A DNA stretch of 64,000 bases from Octopus sinensis (taxonomy: Eukaryota), in contig NC_043016.1 in the NCBI RefSeq assembly GCF_006345805.1, forward strand, positions 31,186,001 to 31,250,000, read 5' to 3'. Positions within the stretch are counted from its first letter, which is position 1. Each line of letters starts with the position of its first letter. Made by a program: the position numbers and the translations under genes. Below the pieces are notes generated by a model. It did no database searches. It saw only the letters and a list, made by a program, of their open reading frames with translations, and was not told the DNA's origin. Positions 24,224 through 36,931 of this stretch are shown here, piece by piece.

Positions 24224-24800
24224 AATATATGTATCAAGTAACCAATAAAGATTTTAATTTAATAAAAAGCAAACAGTTCATAGTAATCTTATGATTTAAT
24301 TGACTTACAAAGACATCTATCACCATTATACTAACCAATCTGTTGAAATAGAGATATACACACAGATGACTAAACAGAATTGAAAAATTAAAAGTCAAGA
24401 GGTTGCAAGAGGTTACAGACAAATTATTCATTACTTTATTCTATGATAATTTATAAAACAGGCATTTACTGATAACGGCATGTAGATTATCCATTCTTTG
24501 CCATTCAATTTGAATAAAAAAGAAAAACTTGGCACATTTTACTAATTTTAGGCTGTAGGTGTTTGTTCCCTTCCATAAATGTATATTAAGAGAAAAACCT
24601 GGATATAAGATAATATAATAAAGCCTCAAATTTTTCTAAACCTGGAAAGTTTAAAAAAAAAGAAGAAAAGAAAACGTTCCACCCAGTTTTTTGGTTTTTA
24701 CTGTACTTATAATATGTAAATTCTCTAAAGAAATTAGACTAGTTTATTTATAAATTTCAAGCGTTTCATCTTACTTGTCTGAAGGAAAAATTTGTTTTAA

Positions 24801-25018
24801 CCCTTTAGCATTGAAACCAGCCATTTCTGGCCCAACTATTCTATCTTTTTTATGCTCAAACTGGTCAGATCTGACCTGTCACACTGACCCTACAATGTAA
24901 TTCTAAAAATAACCAATCACATCATGAAATCTTGAAGATACAAGATTAATGCATGATTAACTCAAAACAACGAACAAATAAGCATTACATTCGGCAGAGA
25001 AATACGAATGCTGAAGGG
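24801..25018. mobile_element. piggyBac-like MITE family 2 (opposite internal orientation)
   Basis: TTAA flanks, CCCTTTAGCATT..AATGCTGAAGGG. Confidence 0.82.
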
Positions 25019-26463
25019 TTAAACAGAAAATGTATTTTATATCACATTTATATCACAAGGAAAGAAGATGAAAATAGTCAACACTGTAAATACAAAATCC
25101 TTTTAGTTTCAAGGTTGAAATGGGACAAGGGACCTTTCTAATATGGCAGCTTTGGTCAAAGTCCTTCAATAACATTCATATTACTTCACTGTGAGACATG
25201 AGCACAGCTCTCAAAAAGGTTTCCATCATGCAGAAATAATTTTGGATCAAGTAAATGGACAAAAATTGGAGTTGTTAATATATATATATATATGTACACA
25301 TATATATATGTATATGTATATATATATTTCAAAAGGCATCATGGCATGAATAAAAAGGCAGCATTTATTATACAGAACAAGTGAGGGATGATGGTGAGAT
25401 CTAAAAGATTAAACTTGTTTGAAAGCAGATATCATTTAAAAGATGCAGATTAAAGACGACAACTACACCAATATTTGAATGCTGGTATTGAGCAAGCAAT
25501 TTTACATTAACTTGATAGAACAGGAAAAATTCATGACCTTTCATTACAAAAAGAAAATGAAGTTTAAAGAAAATGGTTTTATTAGAAACAATTTAGCTTT
25601 ATGAACTTACTAAAATTAACTTAATGTGTTTCAAAGAAGGCAATCAAGAATTGATGATACTAAAGTAGCTTTTCATCTCAAAATATATTAACTTATGTGG
25701 AAATTTTAAGATGTATTTTGCTTAAATGCTACAATGATAAATATTTCTTACAATAACAAGATTAACTTTAAGATTTATTTAAAAATATAAAAGATTAAAA
25801 TTATTTTCCTAAATTTGAATAATAAAAAAAATGCCGATATCAAGCAAAACTTCCCAGAGTTGCACCCCAAATTTCTTTGGTTACTTTGTTAAATTATTGA
25901 GAATAAATAAGAATGTGAGAAATTAACTGTTCACGAACAAATTTAAAATTCATACATGAAAGTTTATTTTCTCTTATTGCAAAGTCCATAAAATTGTATT
26001 AATGTCTTAATGCATCCAATACTAAAAAAAAAAAGAAGAAAAAAAAGGAAAATATAACTCTGGATTCATTACCAAACTAACCTGAAATTATGAGAAATTC
26101 GACTTTATTAAAACTTGTTTTACATTTAAAAATGCTATTTGAGTATAAAGGAATCAATTAAAATTTTGGAAAGTTGATCACAAAATAGACTGGAAAATAA
26201 AATGGGATAAATAAATAAATAAATAAAATGTTTTCACAGATTTTTTTCTTTCCTTTTTTTTTTTTTTTAACTTTCTTGAACAACTTACTAGAAAAATTCT
26301 CTCCTGTATGAAAGATCCAAATTTGCTTAATCCTAAATCAAATCTGCCAAATCTCAGCAACGGGCCAGACAGTTGTCCCTTTTATTTGGTACAGTTTTTA
26401 AATAAACCAGTATTTACTGGCACAGTTTAGACACTGGTAATAGGGCCCTTTTAAAGTTCTTGT

Positions 26464-26746
26464 TCAGTTCAAGTGGAACCCCTTTTCTCTTGTTGCTATC
26501 AGCAAACGTTCCTTTAATATTTCTTCTGTAGAATACTCTGGTAATTTCAAATAATGGACACATGTATTCACAGATGGATAACTATTATCATTTCCATCTA
26601 CTTTACGAACAACAGTCAACCTTGGATGCAGGTTAGCCAAGCCACCTGGTGGCAAAGAAGAACAACCGGTAGTGAACTGCAGGAATGATTTTCTTTCATC
26701 AGACGTCAGCATTAATAAGACATTAATAAATCTTTGGAATCCAGGG
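26464..26746 (-). CDS. HECTD1: HECTD1 last coding exon (HECT C-lobe, catalytic Cys)
   Basis: [62 protein letters not shown], 283 nt. Confidence 0.96.
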
Positions 26747-27759
26747 CTACAAAAAAAGAAAAAAAAAAAATAGCTATTGGAAGTAATTATATTTAAAACA
26801 TGCAATAGTTTAAATTAAAATGTATAAAATTGGGACAGTAAAAAATTAAAAATGTGAAAAAAAAAAAAAAAACTGACCTATCTTTTGTATAGCCTAGTTT
26901 TGGCTCTGTGTAATTTAGAATATCTTCTTTTGTCCATGTTGGTGCTTGGTCACCACAAAGTAAGGATGACAACTCCATAGGGTTGAATAATAATTTTTCC
27001 ATAGAGAAAACCAGATCAAATCCATCTAAAATTGAATAGTTGTTAGGTTAAAAAAAACGTGTGGATTAAATAACTGCAGAGCACCAACTAGCTCCAACAA
27101 AACAACCTATGAGAAAGATATTTGATCAAACATTTGGAAGTCAATTCTTACATATATACATTATGCTACACTCATCAATATAGTATCATACTACACTGTA
27201 CCCCCTCTATGTGTAGAAGCTATTTGAGAGGCAGCCATGGCAGTTGATCTATTTTAGTATCCAGAAATTTTGACCAGATCACATTTTAGGAAGGCAAATT
27301 AGCCAAAAGTATATAAAAAAAATCAATTCCTTGATTGGCAAAATAATGTATTTTGAACTGTTTATGTAGATAAAATGGGAGAGTAATTTTTTTTATGGAT
27401 ATCTAGCACCACAGCCCCTCCCCTCCCATGTTCTTCCTCAGTTATAAAGATAGGATGTGTTTTGAAGGAAACTTTGCATCAATTTCCAGCAGGCTGAGAG
27501 TCAATCTCCATTCTTGGTTCAGGAGATGGACAACTGTACTAGACTAATCATAAATTATGCCATTTATATGCTTAGATAAACAACAGGTGTGCTATCTAAT
27601 ACAGGTTTGTCCATGTGTAGCAGCCTTGATGCATATCATAATGGAATAAAAAAACTAGGACACAAATCAATACCAATTCTATTAAAAATTATTTTTGTTT
27701 GTGGTATAGATTATGCTGTAGTTATGAAGTTCACTTCAATTGGGGTTCATTCTCTTTGT

Positions 27760-27796
<37 letters not shown>

Positions 27797-28011
27797 ATAT
27801 ATATTATATTGCCAGCTTCGTCTGGCACCTGTGTCGGTAGCACATAAAATCACCCACTACACTCTTGGAGTGGTTGGCGTTAGGAAGGGCATCCAGCTGT
27901 AGAAACACTGCCAGATCTGACTGGCCTGGTGCAGCCTTTCGGCTCCCCAGGCTCCAGTTGAACCGTCCAACTCATGCTAGCATGGAAAGCGGACGTTAAA
28001 CGATGATGATG

Positions 28012-28053
<42 letters not shown>

Positions 28054-29480
28054 GAAAATGAGACAACAAAACCAAGGCTGTGAGGAATTTAAAGGACCAT
28101 TAAAAATAGTAGAGTTCGATATAACTCCTTATATTGAACTATTTCCCTCTAGTTAACTCTCTCATATTGTCTCTGATAAAGTGATATCCATAATATCCCA
28201 GAAACAGCTGTAAGATTAACTCTCTCTTTATAAATATCCTATAAATTCACACAGCCTTGGTTTTGTTGTCTCATTTTATTTAACATATACATGCACACAC
28301 AAGACTCCTCACTCACATTATTATCAAACCGAGAAGTAACTATGGTTCTCCCGTAGCCCCTACATAGCCTTACTTGCCACCTTGGGTCTTCTGGATACCA
28401 ATACATCTCACACATATATTTATAAAACCTAAGGTTGACCAATGTCTTGCATGTGAAATTGATAGATGGAAATTGGACAGAGACTCCTGTGTTTTGTCAA
28501 TTATTATATTTACTGCTAAAACATGCCGAGATGTTGAGCAGTTCATGATTTAAAAGGTAAGGGAAACAAATAAGAGCTAGCAACAGTCAACAGAAAAATT
28601 ACTTCACCAAGTCTTGCCTAATCCATGTTAGTATGGTTTAAAGAAAAAAAAAAAAACTAGAATATTTCAAATTACTTTTAAAGGCTTCCATCTGTCGCTG
28701 AATTCCTGTGTTGAAACAAAAATCAGTTACAAGGGTCACATATTCTTCAACATTATCTAATGTGACTTCCTGAAAAATAAAAAAAGGAAAAAAAATAAAA
28801 CTTAAAAAGAGTCTCCAGATAAGAAATAAGCTCATGGTAAGCAGATCGAAATCTAGCTTTGATCCCAATTGTTGATGATTGATCTCAATCATGCTACTTA
28901 GTAAAGAAATTAAATAATTCAACTACAAAAATTCCAGTCTTTTTTAAAATTTAGAATGAAAAACAATAAGACACTGAATGGAAAGTAAACTGAATTTAGT
29001 TTAGTTACTTATGTTACAAGTTCAAATTCAAGATCAATAAAATTGGCATTTAGTACCAATGAAACTGATTAAAAATATAGCAGTTGGTAATTCTTAGGTA
29101 TTTGAACTAAATTATGAATTAGCTTCTAATATTTTTAAAATAAATGATATTAACAGAGTAGTATTGTTTTCATGAAGCTTTGTCTGATATGTATGTTTTA
29201 AATATTTCTTTTTATAAAGCTAAAACAATATAAGTTATACATAAACAGAAATTGATCCTGATATTTCAATATTAGAGGGTTAGGACTCCTGGAAATCTAG
29301 AGAAAAGGTAATGGCGCAGGCGTTGCTGTGTGGCAAAAAGCTCACTTCTCAACCACATGATTCCAGGTTCAGCCCCACTGCGTGACACTTTGGGCAAATG
29401 TCTACTATAGCCTCGGGTCAACCAAAGCCTTGTGAGTGGATTTGGTAGAAGGAAACTGAAAGAAGCCTGTCATGTATGTA

Positions 29481-29519
<39 letters not shown>

Positions 29520-32500
29520 TGTATATGTTTGTGTTTGTCCCCCCCCCTTCCCTGACAACCGATGTTGGTATGTTTATCTCCCCGTAACTTGGTTCTGCAA
29601 AAGAGATCGATAGAATAAGTACCAAGCTTACAAAGAATAAGTCCTGGGGTCAATTTGTTTGACTAAAGGTGGTGCTCCAGCATGGCTGCAGTCAAATGAC
29701 TGAAACAAGTAAATGAATAGCTGAGAGACATCAGTTAAGAACGCCTTTTCTCCACAGACAATCCCGAAATATTGAAATATCAGGTAAAAGCACTAACCAT
29801 TGACCTGTATTCTTTTACTGTTTTCAGTCATTTGATTGCAGCCATGCTGGAATACTGCCTTTAAGGGTATTTTAGCCAAAGAAATCGACCACAAGACTTT
29901 GTAAGCCTAGTATTTATTCTATCAGGCTCCTTTGCCAAACTGCTAAGTTATGGGGATGTAAACACACCAATGTCGGTTGTCAAGTGATGCTGGAGGGATA
30001 AGCAGACACAAATATACACATATGTATATGACGGGCTTCTTTCAGTTTCTGTCTACCAAATCAACTCTTAAGTCTTTGGTTGGCTCAGGGCTATAGAAGA
30101 AGACACTTGCCCAAGGTATCACGCAGTGGAACTAAACCCAGAACCATGAAATTGGGAAGCAAGCTTATTACCACATAGCCATGCCGGTGCCTATGCATAT
30201 TAATTATTTTTTCATAACTTGGATTGTTTAGGCTTAAAAAAAAAAGTATTCAAAAACATTTATAAATTGTATTCGACATTTTAAGCATCAGTTTATGCCA
30301 GAGGAAAAATAGGCCTGATTATGGAATATTAATTATATTTTTAATCAATCATTGGGCAATGAGTGGTTTGAGCCCACTCATTGAACCTGTTTCTCCTTTC
30401 AGTCTTAAATTGGTATTTATACGGTTTTCAACTGACCTGTTCATCTCCTCCAGGGCGGAGATTAATTGAGGTATAGCCATAAACTCTGGATGAAGGATTG
30501 AATTGGAACGTCAAGCTGGCAAAAAAAAAAAAAAAAAAGTTAGAGAGGAAGAAAAAAATTGAGCAAACATCAAATCAAATGTTTTAAAATAGTGGTAGAA
30601 ATACTGACCTCTATACATTATTTTTAGTAGCTATGTCCTGATATAAGTTTGTCAACAAATTCTTATTTCTATTATTATTATTATCAATGTAGCAATCCTC
30701 AAAGAAAACGGCATTTAGGCTTCTAATTATCTAATTTCAACATGCTAATTCATGAATATGTTGTGCCAGTGTATAACATGAAAGATCCAAATGAAATGAA
30801 ATGCAGCTGACTAATGAAAAAGTATTTACCACCATTTTTAATTAGGCTTATTTTTTTTATAGGAAAAACTCAACCAACATTAATTCAACAACAACAACCA
30901 ATCCTTGCTACTTTAGGCACAAGGCCTGAAATTTTGGGGTGGGATCTAGTTGATTTCATTGATTCCAGTGCTCAACTTTATTTGATTGACAAGAGTGAAA
31001 GGCAAAAATCAACCTTGGCAAATAATAATAATAAATCGTGTTAACTGGAACGGCTCATGTACTGAGAAGAGTATTATTGCTGTGAAAACAACATCCATTC
31101 ATGAATTTATTTACTTATTAATATTTTAAATACATATTTTACCTGTGAATTTACGTGTGTAATTTGGGAATGCATACAAGCTTCTCTGCCCCAGGTGTAT
31201 GGAAAACACTTGACAAGAAACGGAAGAAAATTTGAAGAAAGGAAAAAAAATAATAAGTGATAATAATTACCCAAGATCTTCTAGGCGAACACCATTTTCT
31301 GAATCTGGAGAAGGGGGAGGAATTCTGAGGTCCTGCATGAGTAAATTTTTCTGACCTTTTGATATTGGTTTCTTTAATATATTTTGTTTGCGGGTACTCA
31401 ATTCCTTCAGTTGGCTGAGAAAATATGCACGGTGGGGATCAACAAGAGCAAAATCTTCTTCTTTTAAGATACCAGCATACCAAGGTGGCCCAGTATTTTG
31501 ATATGTTTTAGGTGGATCAAGAATAAGTTCTTTATCAACATATTCACTACTTGAAATTAGATCTTCATTTGTCCAAAATGACTCACAAGGGCTACTATTA
31601 CGCTGTGAAGGCATGTATGAACAGTGTTTACTGGTCTGTCTAACTGATCCACCATAACACATCATTTTTAAAAATGGCTTAGACAATGGTAAATCAATTA
31701 GTCGATTATCTTGAATACATTTTGCAAGGAGTGTTCCAAGAAAATAGAACAGAGATTCTATTCTCTCTAAATCTGAACTGTCTTGTGGAATTGGTGCAGG
31801 AAAAAGTCCACCAGCACGCTGTACATAATATCCAGGAGCTTTCACACCATGACCAATATCAACCTAAAAAAATATTAATAAAAGAATATTTACATAGTCT
31901 TAAAAAAAGGTTTACATAGATTTAAAAAAAGTTGAATATATGAAAGTAATGGATATTAAAAGCATGACACATTAGCATTTTTCTGAATTCTCTTTTTTTT
32001 CCCCAACTAAGTGTAAAAGATTTCGTATTTAATCATATATTAATTAGAAAAATAAAAATTTATTCACCTCACGTTCAGTAGTGTCAACAATATCATCATC
32101 ACACAACCAAAGCCCAAGAGATTTCCTTTGCAATTCTGCAGCAATAAGAGCATAGAATTCAAGTGTAGGTCCAAGTCCTGTGCCTTCCTCCCCAATGAAT
32201 TCAATCTGCAAAAGTGCAAGCATTGTATAAAGATAATGCATATCATAAAAATCAAACAATAAGAGATGTAACTAAGTAGATAAGGTAATCAGCCTACAAG
32301 AAAGTTTTGACAGTTCATAGTCTATGACTAGCAGTGTGTAACCAAGATCTCAATAGCTCACTACAATAGTTTAAGAAGTGACGTTAGTTTTCATCCAGTG
32401 CAAATAATAAACTGAGATTAGAAAAATCCAAAACTAACAACTTACTTCTAAAATGGATTTTCTGCGAGAATGGAAACGCATAACCTGAAGGGCCCATTCT

Positions 32501-35500
32501 AGTAACTGGTCTCCACGAGGAACCTTGACTCTCTCATGCTTTAGTCGACCTATTCGGTATTCATGTGTATCATCCCTTCTTGGTGTTGGCCCTCTATTTC
32601 TTTCAAGAACAGCATCTCTCTTATTTTGTAACCATACAATAGCTCTGAAGTACATAAAAAGGAAAATTCAGAAATTTGATGCACAGACTCATTAATGAAT
32701 GAAATAAACATAGCTCATAGCAGAAAAAAAAAAAATGGGGGAGTGTAATAGAAGTTTACATAACTCCAGAGTTTTCATATTCTTGCAGTAATTCTTACCT
32801 TGACGTTCCAAAAGCTGTGCAGCTGAAATACAGTTGCTTGGTTTCAAATGGGAAGAGCATGGGGCACCATTTTGTTAGCTGTTCACACCAATCAGGTAAT
32901 GCATTGCTAGCTAACACTAGTGGGTCCTTAGAGCAAAAAAAAAAAAAAAAAGATCAAATATTAGATAATATTAAGCAATCCCCACCTGCCTTAAAACTTT
33001 TATAAATATTTTCATAAGATAAATATTGTCTTTAATATATATTTAAATGTTTACTGCTTTCACAAAATGGAAATAAAGCTAATTCAAATAGTTTCCAGCA
33101 GTAATTGTAAAAGATTACTATTGCATAATAATTTTGATTTATTACAGGTTTTAATATGCAAAAAAAAAAAAAAAAAAAAATTCTTATCAAGACATAAGCA
33201 AAACTAAGCAAGACTATTACAATGAAGTAAAGAGAGAATGTTATATTTTAAAACAAATATAGTGACAGTTATAAGTATTAAACTCAATTATCAACCATAT
33301 TAATACAAAATACATGTATTTTGAGAATAGAAATCAGCATAAAAAGGAAAAACAAATTAAAAATATAATAGAAACTTACCTGTATTTGTTGTCCCACTTT
33401 ATTAGTGAGCTTCTTAGAAATAAAGTCTTCTGGATGGACGTCAACCTTAGAAATATGGTCTGAAAAAAAAAAATCATTATATAATTAGCATTCTTTTTTT
33501 AAGTTCAACTTACAGTTATAATTGTATTCTTCAAGAAGTTAATGAGGTAAAACAATAATATCAAATCAATCTTATTGTTTAAGGTCCCATAATGGCAATG
33601 ACTAATAGCAAGTCAAAGTATTATTAATGTAATATATGGTATGATTAATTATAAACAGGATAAGTTTTAGCTATTTCTCTGCTGGCTGAAAAAACGACGA
33701 ACAACCTTAATCGATTTTCAAACCTTATTGGGTTCTCGTCAAAGGCGCCCACCTCATTCTTACAGTCTCTAGAGAAACAAGCAGCCAAACTATTTATATA
33801 CTCAACAAATGCAACAGTTACTCTATGTATGAGTATTTGCATAACGAAAGTGTTTAACACTATAAATACCAGCGGCCTGTCAACAAGGATCTTAGCTCAC
33901 ACAGTATCAAGGTATGATATAATATACATGTAACATATGGTATAATTATAAACTAATTTTTACTATTAAGCCCGAGCAAGTGCAGATATCAAGCTTGATT
34001 AAAAATTTTTTTTGTTATTTTGTAAATGAACTTGAAATAATTATTAGTTCTCAAAATTATATTGGAGTTTAAGAAAATAAAATTACCTGTGATATTACAA
34101 TTTGATGTCCCATCAATAAATATTGCATGGCACAATTGTAATAACCTAAGAACATGATCCACAGTACATGCAGTTGGATCATTATTAGACGGAGATTCCC
34201 ATTCGCTGAGAAGTCGTGTTGACATTGGGAAATTTTCATTCAATGATGTTATACTGGATTGGCAATCCTAAAAAGAAATATTAAAAATACACCCAATGTT
34301 TTATTTATTTACAGTAATATATATATATATCTATCATTTAGCATCCATCGTCCATGCTGGCTGGATGCCCTCCCTAACTCCAACCATTCCAAGAGTATAA
34401 TGGGTGCTTTTTACATGCCACTGGTATGGGTGCCAGTTACATGGACCACCATTGGCCATAACTATGATTTCACTTGGCTTGACAGGTCTTTCTCAAGCAC
34501 AGCATATTGCCAAAGGTCTCAGTCACTTATTGCCTCCATGAGGCCCAAAATTTGAAGGGTGCTTTACATGACACTGGCATCGGCCATATATACACATACA
34601 TGTATAGAAGATGGATGTTAAATGATGCTGATATATATATTTATAAGAGATGGCACAAGTGTTCACAAAACAGTTTGGAGGATAGGGAATAAATGCATAA
34701 AACGTAGCATTTTGGATACAGTAAAATACATTAATGTTTAATGGAGGCATTAAAATTAAGTTGGAAGAACATTGTCAACTTCCAAGAAAGACATGATGAG
34801 AAAATTGACTGTGGCTATTCTATATTGGAAAGATGATGTCTGCATCAAGTTAGTGGTGGAGAGCATTATGGTAGATATGTCAAAAGTTTTGGGATGCTTT
34901 TATAAAGAAAATGAAATTAGTTTGCAGACTCAGAAAATGCCCATGAAAGCAATGGTAGCTTAAAATATTAAATTCAAACCAAATTTTGCATTGCAAAAGT
35001 TAAAAAAGCAACTTACAGTTGATAAATCTGATTTGGATTCACCTTCTTTCAATTCTCTGTATGTTATTCTGGAAAAAGCAAATGCATTTATCATTTCTAT
35101 AAACATCTATAATCTTGACTATCTAAGTAATTGAGTAAGTAATCTATACGAACTGATTATTTTCAAATATTCTAGCAGCAAGATATATTTTTAAAATATC
35201 AAGTGTCCAAAGATGTCTTTAATACCAATATAAATGAATAGTTACCAATAAATATTACAATGTCTTTGATATTAAAAAGTAAAGACAAGGACTGTAGTTT
35301 TAAGGACTGAAAACTTCAACACTGATCAATATTTTGTTATATTTTTACAAGTGAAAAATTAAGAAAAGAAAATTTTAAAAAAATCTTGATAAAATAAAAT
35401 TCTGTAATCATACATGTAAGTTGGTTCCCATATTCTTTTCAATCTTTCACTTCGTCCATTACTTCCACCTTGCACTCGCAATTGCTGGACATATTTAAAG

Positions 35501-36900
35501 ATGCATGCATTTTCTTCACCCATATAAATTTCTATCTCATCCATCTATAAAAAAAAAAATTTTTTTAGCAAAAAAGTAATATTTAGACCAAGTTTGAAAA
35601 AAATACTTTTGAAATGAAGTTTCTGCTAAAATTTATTTTCACGCGTAAGCTATTTTACTGACCGTCAATTGGAATTATTACCATTTTCTAAGTATTATGC
35701 ATTTGAAGGCGTTTTTCATAAGGATAGAAAAACGTCAAAAGAATTATGAAAAATGTATTAAGAAAAGTTGCATACCCCTGTAGTGGCTGGTGCTTTTAGA
35801 AAGAGAGCAAGACGTGGCTGAGGGACTTGATTGCTTAATTCAAGTATTGAGCTATCTTCAGAACCTAATTAAAAATAATGAATATCAATCACAAGCAGCA
35901 TTTTTGATTGGTCATAAATTTTCATGGCAGGTAAATATATAAATCAATAGAAAATATAATTTTGTAAGGAAGTGTACAAACATAAGATACCTCATGTCAG
36001 CACTTTTTATTCTGGCAAGAGGTTTCTAGTTATCAAGGTGTTATAAATTTTTTGCTATCATGAGTCACCTCATAGTTAGAGAATAAGGGTAAATTAATTG
36101 TTATATTTAATTCAGTATATTGCACAAAACAAGGTGGCAAGCAGGTAGACTCATTAGCATGCTGGGCAAAATGCGAAACTGCATTTTGTCCGTTTTTGTC
36201 CAAATTCTGCCACGGTCAACCTTGCCTTTTATCCTTTCAGGGTCAGCACCAGTTGAACACTAAGGTTGATGTAATTGACTTACCCACTCCCACCGAAATT
36301 GCTGGCCTTGAGCCAAAATTTAAAATACTGTATGAAACAATTCCATAAATATTGATTTCAAGTTTTGGCAGAAGGTCAGCATTTTGGGGGGAGGAGTAAG
36401 TTGATTACATTAACTCAAGTGCTCAACAGTATTTATTTTATCAAGCCTGAAAGGATGAAAGGCAAAGTTGGCCTCCATATTAAAATATTTGGCTAGATAT
36501 TTATACTATATATATATATATATATATGTATGTATAAATACATATTAGAGTATGAAGGATATTCTGCTTTATGTAAATGTTTTAACTTATTTTTTTCAGA
36601 ACCAAAGCAATACAAGTCAGTTTGTACTTCATCTTGTATTTCAATATTTTGCAGTCTTCAGAAATTCTTTGGAGAAAATGTTTTTTTGAACAGACACTTC
36701 TGTTTTGTAGTGGGTGAATACACAGATTACAGAACAGAGAAGCTTTCCTGAAGAAAGGGCCCTAACCATGAAAAACTGAATTACAAAGTAAAGGTACAAA
36801 GTATTGACATGTAGCTATGGCTTTATAATTATTAATAATTATGAAGCTAAAACAATGCAAATTATAAGAAATAATACAACATACACCTACCTACAAACAT

Positions 36901-36931
<31 letters not shown>

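Noticed and set aside
36530-36751. Exon-like segment between exons 37734 and 35864
   Set aside because: The frame required by the upstream phase hits a stop, and the protein is continuous without it.
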